From assembly GCA_001804865.1 (NCBI GenBank), contig MHBK01000051.1, positions 75,636 through 139,635 of the forward strand: 64,000 nucleotides of DNA. Direction: 5' to 3'. The DNA is from Lentisphaerae bacterium GWF2_57_35. GTDB lineage: Bacteria > Verrucomicrobiota > Kiritimatiellia > CAIQIC01 > GWF2-57-35. Positions 50,464-60,400 of the stretch are shown piece by piece; the first letter of the stretch is position 1; the number at the start of each line of letters is the position of its first letter. Position numbers and translations under genes: made by a program. The notes beneath the pieces are model-generated. The model did no database searches and had not been told where the DNA came from. It saw only the letters and a program-made list of their open reading frames with translations.

Positions 50464-52854
50464 TCATTCATCCAAATATCTGAACTGCCGGACAAACATT
50501 TCGTGAATGTCATCACCATTGGGGAATGGATCCCGCCAAACCAGAGCCACGGCCCGACGTTCTGCGGAAATAACATCAAGGTCAGCGTCCCAATCACCAA
50601 TCGGCTCATTATCCTTGATAGCCTGAGCCACTACGACTACGGTGAAAAGGTTCTCCGTAGGATTGAAGGCCCGATACGTATTGCGTACCAAGGCATCGCG
50701 CTGATTGTTGTTTAAACTCTGAGCGCCGCCAGACATGGCCCCACCGACTTGCATGACGGAGACCCCCGCCCAACTGGCGGGACTGTCGAAACTGTCCAGC
50801 CCTTCGCGCCCCTCGTGCGACCCCGTTACGATTTGATCAATTAAAAAGTCGAGCGGCTCTGAGGCGCCATTCAAGACGTTCGTGTCGTCTGGCACAGGAG
50901 CTTCTGCGATACTCGCATTCTGAAAAATACTCCTTAATACGTTCGAATTGAGCGTACCCGGATGCACCAGGCCATTAGTCCAGAAACCGTTAACAATTCC
51001 TTGAGGCGCCAAGACTTTTGCCATAATGTTAGTCTGTTGATTGCCACAAAACCTATTAAGAAGCTCGATGCCTGCCGGCTCAAAAAGATTGATGGTCTTC
51101 CAAGGCTGGCCGATGCTGATAAAGCCAAAATCCGCTGGCGATTCTAAGTTTGCATCACGAACGTACAAAGAATATCCTTCGTCATCTCCGCCCGAAGCAG
51201 CAACTGAAGGATTTATCAAACCTGGCGACACAGGCGACGCAGCTGTCCACGCTGTGACTTCGTAGTTCATGCGAGGATCATTAACCTCCAGTCCCTTCTC
51301 AGCCAGAGAAACCGTGCCGTTCGCAGCAGCAGCAGTAAAGGAAAAAGGCAAAAAGACCAGCGCAGAAACGGAATCAGCTGTATCAGCGTTTCGTATAAGC
51401 TCTAACAAATTAACACGAACAAGCAATCGAAGACTATCATTTGCCGAGATCGGCAAGCCATTAGCTGTATATGTATAATCCCATTTCTGAGGTTTTCCAT
51501 CACTATAATCTTCGGTAAACATAATATCCTCAGATGGTGATATTAGCCCAACATTGGCTATTGTTCCTTGGGTCATATTCTGAAACGTAAAGGAAATCTC
51601 ACCTGACCCTAGAGGTCCAATTCCCAATCGGGGATTATTGGGCTTGAATCGATAGCCACCAAGTGCTGGCTTTCCAGGAAAGGGATACCAAGTTTCGATT
51701 GTCAGATTGACAACTAAGTTTGCCGTAAGCCCATCACTAGCCGTCGTCAAAGTGCCTTTGTAAATGATTTCATTAATCATCGGCACGGCCTCGGTGGAGA
51801 AAGAGTTTACATTAATGGGTATTCGATTTGTATCTCGAAAATCCATCAGACTGTCGGCCATCATATCCGCCACCGAAGCATCCATACCCCAGAAGTCAGG
51901 ACTGCTAAATATTTTCTTCGCCTGCGCTGCCGTCCATTTGTTAACATCGGGATTCACATCTTCCCATCCAAAAGCCTGCCAGCTTCCCGATCCCCAATCA
52001 AACCACCCCCGATAATAATTAAGGCTATAGGGCATCAAGTTGGAGAGCTTATTTGTATCCAGGGCAATCAAATCGGGGTTTTGCCAATTAGGACCATTCC
52101 CTTCCCCATCGTTGAAAGTAATTAACTCAGGGAAAGAGTCAAACCCATGATACCAGTTCCGATTTTGTATGAAGTTCACCAGAGCCACGGCTTCCGGCAA
52201 AGAACTCATGTCTACATCGCGAACGTTTTGCCTCTCGCTCGAAGGATTAAAGAGACCGCCCGCGTTGGGCATGGAGATCAGATTAGCATCCATGGCCCCG
52301 GAGCAATCCAGCACGACATAACCATACCGCCCGAGGATTCGTCTAGGGGATTCAGGATCTACCACATAAACCCACTGAGCGGGAAGGTTAAAGGGAGGAA
52401 GGCCATTTGTCAGAAGAACCCTGGCATTCAGTTGGGGCATCGTGGGGGGGAAATACTTCTTGGGAATCCAGTTAACCACTTCCCCTTCCAGCAACTTGAG
52501 GTTTCCCAAAGGGACCGCCTGGTTGGGAACCGAACCCACATGCCGCGACATAAGAACCGACTCGGTCAGGGAAGGAATAATCAAATTGCTATCCCATAAT
52601 GCATGGTCGTAATCGTTCATGGCGGCGTTCAACGCAGAACGGGCCAATTGACGACAACGGCTGAGTTCCAGAGCGGAATCCGCCACCAGTCGTTCCGTGC
52701 GCGTCAGCGTCAGCAAAGCCACAGCCATCATAGTTAAAATGCTGAGAAACCCCAATACCACCACTAAGGCAATGCCGTCGCGCCTGTTGATGTTGCTCCA
52801 CAACTGAATCGTCATAAGAATTCCTAGTGCCAATAATGAGCCGGATGGCTCCAT
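50464..52854 (-). CDS. gspK: GspK-like minor pseudopilin (unusually large, 796 aa)
   Basis: GspK-type N-terminus 'RRDGIALVVVLGFLSILTMMAVALLTL', which lacks the conserved Glu5. It is the last gene after the G-H-I-J-like series. The start may instead be the internal Met at 52815. Confidence 0.45.
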   Translation of the reverse strand: MEPSGSLLALGILMTIQLWSNINRRDGIALVVVLGFLSILTMMAVALLTLTRTERLVADSALELSRCRQLARSALNAAMNDYDHALWDSNLIIPSLTESVLMSRHVGSVPNQAVPLGNLKLLEGEVVNWIPKKYFPPTMPQLNARVLLTNGLPPFNLPAQWVYVVDPESPRRILGRYGYVVLDCSGAMDANLISMPNAGGLFNPSSERQNVRDVDMSSLPEAVALVNFIQNRNWYHGFDSFPELITFNDGEGNGPNWQNPDLIALDTNKLSNLMPYSLNYYRGWFDWGSGSWQAFGWEDVNPDVNKWTAAQAKKIFSSPDFWGMDASVADMMADSLMDFRDTNRIPINVNSFSTEAVPMINEIIYKGTLTTASDGLTANLVVNLTIETWYPFPGKPALGGYRFKPNNPRLGIGPLGSGEISFTFQNMTQGTIANVGLISPSEDIMFTEDYSDGKPQKWDYTYTANGLPISANDSLRLLVRVNLLELIRNADTADSVSALVFLPFSFTAAAANGTVSLAEKGLEVNDPRMNYEVTAWTAASPVSPGLINPSVAASGGDDEGYSLYVRDANLESPADFGFISIGQPWKTINLFEPAGIELLNRFCGNQQTNIMAKVLAPQGIVNGFWTNGLVHPGTLNSNVLRSIFQNASIAEAPVPDDTNVLNGASEPLDFLIDQIVTGSHEGREGLDSFDSPASWAGVSVMQVGGAMSGGAQSLNNNQRDALVRNTYRAFNPTENLFTVVVVAQAIKDNEPIGDWDADLDVISAERRAVALVWRDPFPNGDDIHEMFVRQFRYLDE

Positions 52855-53729
52855 TGCCCCGGCGTCATGATCGGGAAAATACGAGTCATTAGTACATTTG
52901 AATCGCGGATCATCAGTGAACGCCCTTTTCGCCAGACATCATCCTGGGAGCTCCCAACGTATAATAGATTCGCGCCGCCCTGACTGGCCGCTTCCGTGGA
53001 CGTAACTTGCAGATAAATGTCAATAGCTGCAGGATGCATGTCCGCATCATAAAGACCGGGGTATGTCTTGCTGCTTGAATAGGAACTGATCCCCCCTGAT
53101 TCCTCCTGCAACAAGACACCTTTCTGCGTATGCAGATACACGTCGAACCGGACAATATTATCGATCAGGACTTCGGGATTCCCACTCGCCACAGACAACG
53201 TCAGCCACCAATCTTTGTACAGGAGAGGATTATTCGCCGACGGCTGCAAGGGATCTTTAGAATTCTTATCCATCACATCGAAATTCCATGAAGAGCGCCG
53301 AAGTCGAAAGCGCTTGGATGCCACTAAATTATTCGTTGCTTGATATTCATTAACATCATAACACACAAGCTGATAAGCCCGGCCATCATCCTGATCACCG
53401 CCCGTCGTAACAAACCAGACCTCGTCGAACCCAAACCCGTTAGGATTTGCTCCCCACGACCCGGTTGTCTTGTCCACCGAATCCGCCTCGTGATAGAAAG
53501 CCAGACGTTCATTAATCACAGCACATTCAAGTTCGTGGCGGATGAGATCCAAAGCCGATTCAGCAGCGCCATTTCGCATGACCGTGGTCGTCCCTTTTTT
53601 AAACGCGTTCGTGGCTTCCGTAAAAACACGGGTTAGGGCCAGCATCAAAATGACCAGCACAACCATGGAGGCCAACACCTCAATCAGGGTAAAAGCATCC
53701 GTTTTTCGTGTCGTCCATGAACTTCGCAT
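52824..53729 (-). CDS. Prepilin-type minor pseudopilin in the GspJ position
   Basis: 'MRSSWTTRKTDAFTLIEVLASMVVLVILMLALT' is a class III signal / N-methylation motif. 301 aa. Called GspJ-like from its position before the GspK-like gene. Confidence 0.5.
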   Translation of the reverse strand: MRSSWTTRKTDAFTLIEVLASMVVLVILMLALTRVFTEATNAFKKGTTTVMRNGAAESALDLIRHELECAVINERLAFYHEADSVDKTTGSWGANPNGFGFDEVWFVTTGGDQDDGRAYQLVCYDVNEYQATNNLVASKRFRLRRSSWNFDVMDKNSKDPLQPSANNPLLYKDWWLTLSVASGNPEVLIDNIVRFDVYLHTQKGVLLQEESGGISSYSSSKTYPGLYDADMHPAAIDIYLQVTSTEAASQGGANLLYVGSSQDDVWRKGRSLMIRDSNVLMTRIFPIMTPGQWSHPAHYWH

Positions 53730-53733
53730 AAAA

Positions 53734-54288
53734 CTACCTCAGTGGGAGATATTCCCTGTAAAAGACCTTGCCGGGCGTGCCAGGGGTCTGTCCAGATGGG
53801 TACTGTCCGGGCCAAACCTGCAGACGGGCATATTTAAGTCCAGGATAAGCGTTCACCTCCGCGATACTAAACTTGTAAGTGAAATATGCGGCTTTGATAT
53901 TCCCATCTAGCCAAACGTCACCGGCATAGAAATTAGGGATCCAGTAATACGGATTCTCTACCTCGATCACACCGCTGGGAACGATAATCGGTTGCAGGTT
54001 TGTGTTCATGGAATGTGATTTCATCAACTGAAAGGAGCCGCTTGTCTCAAAGTCATCCCACAGTTCATTCGTATTGGCCGCTTCAAAATCAAGGCTGCTG
54101 AAAACATAATCGGCAAAGGCGGCAACTTCCGTGTCGTCCACCGCTGCCCGGGTGGCATTCAAGCCTTCGGGGAAAAGGCCGAAAACAGCCAACAAGCCGA
54201 TGGCGACAACCAGGAGAGCCAGACTTACTTCGACCAATGAGTATCCGGCATCCTTTCGAATAGAGTCTATTGTGGCATGCATATTCAA
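53734..54288 (-). CDS. Prepilin-type minor pseudopilin in the GspI position
   Basis: 'KDAGYSLVEVSLALLVVAIGLLAVFGLFPEG'. 184 aa. Confidence 0.5.
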   Translation of the reverse strand: MNMHATIDSIRKDAGYSLVEVSLALLVVAIGLLAVFGLFPEGLNATRAAVDDTEVAAFADYVFSSLDFEAANTNELWDDFETSGSFQLMKSHSMNTNLQPIIVPSGVIEVENPYYWIPNFYAGDVWLDGNIKAAYFTYKFSIAEVNAYPGLKYARLQVWPGQYPSGQTPGTPGKVFYREYLPLR

Positions 54289-54971
54289 AAGTTCATATTT
54301 CCTATGTCTATTTCCACCTGCCCGGTCTTCCCCCTGACACGTATCCGGTTCGTGATGCCCGGCACGGACAACCGTTCCTCCAAGTTGTTGCCAGCCGCAT
54401 TGGGCTCATAAAACTTGGAAGTCGTCAGAAAAACACTGACGGGCACATCCCCCCAAGATGCGCCTCCATACTTATAACCATGCCCATTGGGTTTGAAAAG
54501 GATGGCTGCCATGTCGCGGCGTGCATCGCTTTCTGCCGGGAAAGGCAAGGGGAAGCTTGTCCCAAAGACCTGACCAGTCAATGAACTGTTAGTCAAAATA
54601 TAAACCCCGGAGGGAAGATACTTCCATGAAGACAGATACACAAAATTAGTCACTGTTTTGGTTTCGTTGGTTAGAGCCATGACCACATAACCCTGAAGGC
54701 ATTTATTGAGATTTTCAGAGCTATAAGTTCCATCCGAAATGGAGGGAAAGGCAACAAAGACCCATTGACGTTGAGTGACTGCATGCTGCCGAGCCAGACG
54801 AAGAGTTGTGGCCAATTCGGTGGAAGCTCCATTGATATCCTTTTTCCCGAACGTTTCGAACACCGGCATGGCGACGACGAACAGCAGGCTGATGATGGCA
54901 ATCACCACCAGCAGCTCGATGAGCGTAAAGGAACTTCTGTCTTTGCGTGTTAGATCCATATTCATTACCAA
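54285..54971 (-). CDS. Prepilin-type minor pseudopilin in the GspH position
   Basis: 'RSSFTLIELLVVIAIISLLFVVAMPVF...ELATTLRLARQHAV'. 228 aa. Confidence 0.5.
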   Translation of the reverse strand: MVMNMDLTRKDRSSFTLIELLVVIAIISLLFVVAMPVFETFGKKDINGASTELATTLRLARQHAVTQRQWVFVAFPSISDGTYSSENLNKCLQGYVVMALTNETKTVTNFVYLSSWKYLPSGVYILTNSSLTGQVFGTSFPLPFPAESDARRDMAAILFKPNGHGYKYGGASWGDVPVSVFLTTSKFYEPNAAGNNLEERLSVPGITNRIRVRGKTGQVEIDIGNMNF

Positions 54972-55480
54972 CTCGTCAAATTATCGTTGGTGGTCGCATC
55001 CTGCCCATCCGGCCCGGAGGACCAAGCAATGACGGGAGCCAGCACCGCGTCGATTCCCCCGCCGGGAGGGACAATTCGTCCGTCGCGGGTCGCATCGAAT
55101 CTCACCTTGTAGACATTGCCCCACGGATCGACAAAATCGTTGGCGGAGTTTAAAGCGGATTCGTCCGGCTCAAAAAATACGATTCTTTTAGGATTCCGGG
55201 GGTCGGAGGTCTTGAAATAAGCCCGCAACATGAGCACAACCTCGCCGTTCATAGCGTAATCCAATTCGTTTTGAACAGGCCAAATCCCGTATTCATTGAA
55301 GTACTTCATCCACACCGAGGCCAGCAGCTTGGCGTCGGCCTGAGCCTGAGCTTGCTCCCCTTTTTTGATCATGGTGTTGATGGCCGGCATGAGAAGCGCA
55401 GCCAAGATGGCCAAGATGCCAATGACAACCAGCAATTCGATCAAGGTGAATCCATTTTTCGTTTCAGGTTTTTTTTTCAT
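54965..55480 (-). CDS. gspG: GspG-like major pseudopilin, paralog 4
   Basis: 'NGFTLIELLVVIGILAILAALLMPAINTMIKKGEQAQAQADAKLLASVWMKYFNEYGIWP' matches the T2SS GspG pattern (F-T-L-I-E-[LIVM], 'K...A..D...L..A...Y..D.G.YP'). Confidence 0.55.
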   Translation of the reverse strand: MKKKPETKNGFTLIELLVVIGILAILAALLMPAINTMIKKGEQAQAQADAKLLASVWMKYFNEYGIWPVQNELDYAMNGEVVLMLRAYFKTSDPRNPKRIVFFEPDESALNSANDFVDPWGNVYKVRFDATRDGRIVPPGGGIDAVLAPVIAWSSGPDGQDATTNDNLTSW

Positions 55481-56124
55481 GGGGGTGTAAAGGTCGTTAA
55501 GGCCCGGCTTATATCATAGCTAGCTTTGTTGTTGCTTCCCGCCGAGTTTCCGCCCGTGGGCGGACCATAGGACACGACGCCTACTTTGTGGCCAATTATT
55601 TCGACTATATTCCAAACCTGCAGGGGCGTCTGAAGTCGAGAAAACAAAATGACCGTGTCGGCGTCGGTATCCATGATAATTTGATAAGGATTGCCCCAAG
55701 GGTCGAGAAAATAGTTGTTGGCCGGGGTATAAGAGTCGCCGTTCATATCCACGCCCACCAACGATTCCTCGGGGATTTGCAGGTAGACCTTACGATTGGG
55801 ATTATTCGTCGTATCGCGGGCGGTCAGAATATTCATCACAATGCTCTGATCGTCCGGAGTGGAATTACCAGGCAACTGCTTCATGCCGTAGTCGGAATCC
55901 TGACTGCCATTTCGGCCCGGGGCGGGCATGAACCCATAGTCCTTGTAATAAGACAAAATGGCGGTCTTTATATTGTTCATCTCCGTCTTGGCGCGGGTGA
56001 TGTCCGCGCGCTTCATGGCGGCATTGATCGCGGGAAACAACAGCGCGGCCAGCACGGCAATAATGCTGATGACCACCAGCAATTCGATTAGCGTAAAACC
56101 CCTTCGATTTGTGTTTAAGCGCAC
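55477..56124 (-). CDS. gspG: GspG-like major pseudopilin, paralog 3
   Basis: 'RGFTLIELLVVISIIAVLAALLFPAINAAMKRADITRAKTEMNNIKTAILSYYKDYGFMPAP'. Confidence 0.55.
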   Translation of the reverse strand: MRLNTNRRGFTLIELLVVISIIAVLAALLFPAINAAMKRADITRAKTEMNNIKTAILSYYKDYGFMPAPGRNGSQDSDYGMKQLPGNSTPDDQSIVMNILTARDTTNNPNRKVYLQIPEESLVGVDMNGDSYTPANNYFLDPWGNPYQIIMDTDADTVILFSRLQTPLQVWNIVEIIGHKVGVVSYGPPTGGNSAGSNNKASYDISRALTTFTPP

Positions 56125-56128
56125 GATT

Positions 56129-56803
56129 TCACCATGATTTAATAAACGATTTCGCCTTGCCCGGTTCGGATCCGAAGCTCATGACGCCAATTTTTAGGCC
56201 AGGGAAGGTCCCGTCGCCACCCGGTGACGCGGCATTAATGGCCGTACGCACTTCCGCATATGGGATCAAATCGAAAGCTCCCCGGTCGATCCCCTCATCC
56301 CGGCTGGTATCCATCACGATGTAATATGGATTTTCCCACGGGTCGAGATAGTAGTTATCCGCTTCGGTATAAGAAGCCGAATCCCCCGTCAAAGAAGCCT
56401 TGCCGACAAGGCTTTCCTTCGAAATATCGAGATAAAGCTGCTGGCCCTTGTTCTGGCTGTGATCCGGATTAAACGTGCTGTGCGGCATGGCCCTCAAGAC
56501 ATACATGAGAGAACACTGCTTGTCAGCCAAATTTTGCCCGCCAAACAGGGCATCTGCGCGGCCGTTTTGATTGTACGTCGGCATTCGATTATGCTTTTGA
56601 TAATAATTGCGGATGGCCGTTTCGATGTCCTTCATCTGCGCCATGGCTTTATTCTTGTCCGCCCGTTGAAACGCCGCGTTCATGGCAGGGAGGATAATCG
56701 CCGCCAGAATGGCAATAATGCTTATAACAACGAGTAGCTCAACCAATGTAAAAGCGTGCTTGCTTGGGATTCTTCTCATCAACATCATCTCCGCTCCCTC
56801 CAA
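56129..56803 (-). CDS. gspG: GspG-like major pseudopilin, paralog 2
   Basis: 'HAFTLVELLVVISIIAILAAIILPAMNAAFQRADKNKAMAQMKDIETAIRNYYQKHNRMP'. Confidence 0.55.
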   Translation of the reverse strand: MEGAEMMLMRRIPSKHAFTLVELLVVISIIAILAAIILPAMNAAFQRADKNKAMAQMKDIETAIRNYYQKHNRMPTYNQNGRADALFGGQNLADKQCSLMYVLRAMPHSTFNPDHSQNKGQQLYLDISKESLVGKASLTGDSASYTEADNYYLDPWENPYYIVMDTSRDEGIDRGAFDLIPYAEVRTAINAASPGGDGTFPGLKIGVMSFGSEPGKAKSFIKSW

Positions 56804-56867
56804 GACACGAACTTACCCTCCTAAAGTTTAAAAGTCCAGCGGCCTTTCCACGAGCCGTCCGCTAAAG

Positions 56868-57368
56868 CTATTGAGCTGTCCAGTTATTCAAATTTGTCTG
56901 CCCATCAGGGCCCAAAGACCACAAATCGTAGCCAAATTTGGAGTCGTTGTGATCGGCATAAGGACTAGCAGAACGATGAAGATATCGATACGTCGCCCCC
57001 CAAGGATCGATGGCTCCATAGTTGATGTTGGGATCGGTCCAGCCCTTTAACACCAAGAAGGGTTTCTTACCTAAGGCTTGGGGCTGGCACCACAATTGAG
57101 CGACCCAGTTGGTGGTATTTGCAGGAAGAAAATTGATTGGATATCGTCCATACTCGACACGATAATCTTCCAAGGCATTCTTAATCTTCTCCATATCGGA
57201 CAGAGCCTTGCCCTCATCTGCCTTCTTGGTAGCAAGCCCCGCCACCCCCAAGATCATCGAAGCCAAAACCGCGATGATGGCAACCACCACGAGCACTTCA
57301 ATGAGGGTAAAAGCCTGGGAAAACACCGAATGGTCTGAGGTCGGAGCAGAGATATGTATACGCTTCAT
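56868..57368 (-). CDS. gspG: GspG-like major pseudopilin, paralog 1. The start is taken at the internal Met after a GGAG RBS; the ORF is open up to 57422.
   Basis: 'QAFTLIEVLVVVAIIAVLASMILGVAGLATKKADEGKALSDMEKIKNALEDYRVEYGRYPIN'. Confidence 0.55.
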   Translation of the reverse strand: MKRIHISAPTSDHSVFSQAFTLIEVLVVVAIIAVLASMILGVAGLATKKADEGKALSDMEKIKNALEDYRVEYGRYPINFLPANTTNWVAQLWCQPQALGKKPFLVLKGWTDPNINYGAIDPWGATYRYLHRSASPYADHNDSKFGYDLWSLGPDGQTNLNNWTAQ

Positions 57369-57383
57369 GTCGCGGTCTCCAAT

Positions 57384-57433
57384 TTTTCCAATGATTGGAA
57401 AAAATCCTACACGATTTTCCAATGATTGGAAAA
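57384..57433. promoter_or_regulatory. Two perfect palindromes 'TTTT(T)CCAATGATTGGAAAA(A)' with centres ~31 bp apart, between the giant gene stop and the first gspG-like start
   Basis: Palindrome 1 is at ~57384-57404 and palindrome 2 at ~57414-57433. Both are confirmed by mirror-image translations on both strands ('FFPIIGK' / 'FPMIGK', 'FSNDWK'). Confidence 0.5.
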
Positions 57434-57453
57434 CGTTTAAAGGGTTTTTATAG

Positions 57454-60400
57454 CTATTGGTTAACCGAATAACTAAAACAATGGTCCAAATGGGCGCTTG
57501 GATATCGCTGAGTCACGCTGGCGCCATCTTTGGAATACTCCGACTGAAGGAAGTACTCAACCTTGGTCTGAGGTGGCTGCGCGGGAATGGGCGTAGCGGT
57601 GTAGTACACGTCAAACGCATTCGTCATACTTAGCAATGTAAAGACACCGTTCGTCCCTGCGCGATACCAGGTTCTTAGCGCAAGATTCGTTAGGTCGGCA
57701 CGAGGGAGGATTTTGGCATGAATATACACCGTGTCATTGGAATATGCAGACTGAGGAACTTGTCCCACATTCAGAACGTTTATGCGACCTGGGGCCGTTT
57801 CTGCCAGAATCGAGATGGCTGAAGCGGTCCCCAATAACTGTCCAGCGTAGTTGCCTAGCCATGCTCCATCGGTTCGCTGAGCTGAAAGAAGATTGGTCGC
57901 GCAAGCGTATCGCCAGTTCTGAGCGCCAATCATCTCAATGGGTGGATCGAACATGTCACAGGCTGCGCCGAAAGCGTGCATCCCATAAAGGTCAGAAGCT
58001 TCTGGAATCGAGTTGGCATTCAAGTAATTCAGGGCCAGCTGGACTTCCGTGTTAGTAAAAGTGCGGTTCAGGAAAGCCAATTGAGCTAAGCCATAGGAAG
58101 TGCGCGCAGAAGTGCCGTAAGACGGCCCATCATAGCCAAAGTATCCGTTGTCGTTTTGCGAATAGGCAATCCAAGCCGCCAATTCGGCTCTCAACCCGTT
58201 AGGGATGGAAATCCCATCCCAGGTTTGTGCATGATACAATCCGACCGCTGACCACCATGACGCAGAGTTGTCCGAAGACTCATGATTCGCGGAATACCGC
58301 CATCCGCCACGCCCGTAGCCATCGTCCGTTTGCGCCCAACCGCAATAATCGGCCATATCTTGCATGATATCGCGATATGATCTTCCCGCAATATTGCCGG
58401 GTGCATTCTCGGGAGCAACATTGGTCGGCCATGCAGACTCGATAAATGCAGTCATTATCGAACCAAGTTGATACATCTCGTTATTGCTATTAGCCAGCCC
58501 TATACCTAAACCATTCGAATTTGCATCAGGATTGTAATTACATTTGTCCGTGGAAATGGGTTTGGCTTGAAGGCAGTCGATTAACAAATACCGCAAGCCT
58601 CCTGAAATCGTCTCCTCGTATATGTCGTCTTCACAAGATGGCCGATGGCCAAGGGACGCAAAGGCGGTGATCGCCAGGCTATTGGCGCAGGCAATGTAAG
58701 AAGTTCCATAGTTATCGTGCTGCCAATAATATCCGTGAGCATGAAAAAACGCATTTGTATATAACCAGATCAACCCATTTTCCGCGGCGAGTAATGCCAG
58801 CGCATCAAAGTTGTTTGTTTCACGACACGCTAGTTGAAAATCGAGCGTTACAGGAACTCCCCGGCTATCGCTTAAATAAGCGTTTACATCGTATATAGAC
58901 GATGTCGAATAAACATGTTCGGTCCCAATATAACGAGATCCTGTTGTTTGCGTTACCGTAATTGTCGCACTGTGGTGGCCATCGCCTAAATCGAACCAAC
59001 AAGACAACGGCCATTGATTGGTTTGAATTTCAGTTGCTGCCATCCAAATACGAGTCGTCACGCCAACAACCGAAACTCCCCACGTATTACTTTGGTCATA
59101 ACTCGGCATATGCATGAAACGATTGAATGCGCATTCATCTGCACCGATATCTACCACGGCTTCTAATATCCGAGCATCGCCATCCAAGTCCGTTAGCATT
59201 TCCATTCCAGACGTATTGCTCCCCGTATTTAGACAGGGGGATGCATGTGATAAGTGCCAGCCGTCCGGTGCGAAAAGAGGATTGGAATTCAAATTGCCAG
59301 GTCCTGGAGGTATTAAAGAATCTTGCAGACAGGAATAGGCAAAGGACCAGTTTGTCCCCCATACATTGTTGGAGACGAAACCCCACACAATGCAATTTGT
59401 CATAGTCACGTATGACCCAGGCACTCCCGTATTATCGAGAAAAAGTGCATGCCCACAATTATCAGCGCTGTTATTGACCAAGGTGCAGTTCATGAATCGA
59501 ATCGGATATCCAGGGTGTCCACTCGAATAGAAAGCGCCGCCTTTGTGGGCCACGTTGCTATGAAATAAACTCGTATTTACATCTACCTGCGAGCTTGCCG
59601 CGATGGCGCCTCCGGTGGAGGCTGTATTTTCAATAAAGCGGCAGTGGGATAGCGAAAACACGCCCAAACCCATCAAAGCTCCGCCTTGATTAACTGCGTG
59701 GTTGTCCTCGAATCGACATGCCGCAGCCCTGAATAATCCGTTACTTTGCACAACGACTGCACCGCCATTCAACGCTGTATTTTGATTCAAACGACTGTTT
59801 TCCAGATTAAGATTTGCGGACACTTTCAATGCTCCGCCTATCGCGGACGAATTATTGGTGAACCCGCAGTCCGCGAGGTACGATTCACATTCAGCGTCAA
59901 TAGCGCCTCCAACACTCGTCGCATTGTTGTCCTCAAACGAACAATTTGCAGCCATAAGAATTCCATTACTGCGCGCCGAAATAGCGCCACCATCAATCGC
60001 GCTATTACCCGAAAACAAGCAATTGGATAAGTAAAGATCGGAGCACCCCGCCAGCGCTCCGCCAATGGCCGCCAGATTACTGGAAAAGCAACATTGTACA
60101 AAGTCAGATTCGCCATCCGAACTGATCGCTCCACCTTTATCGAATGCATTATTGTTAGCGAACAAAGAACCCCAAATAGAGGCCATTCCGTCTCTATGAA
60201 TAACAACCGCACCACCGACAAGCCCGGTATTGCACAGAAAAATACTATTGGTTAGATCCAGATAACTGCCAACAAATACAGCGCCGCCTGTGGCTGCGGA
60301 ATTACCATTGAAGCTGCACTGCGCCAGTCGCGCATCTCCTCCCAAATACAAAGCACCGCCCATTCCTCGAGCTTGATTCCTTGTGAACAAATTATCTTCA

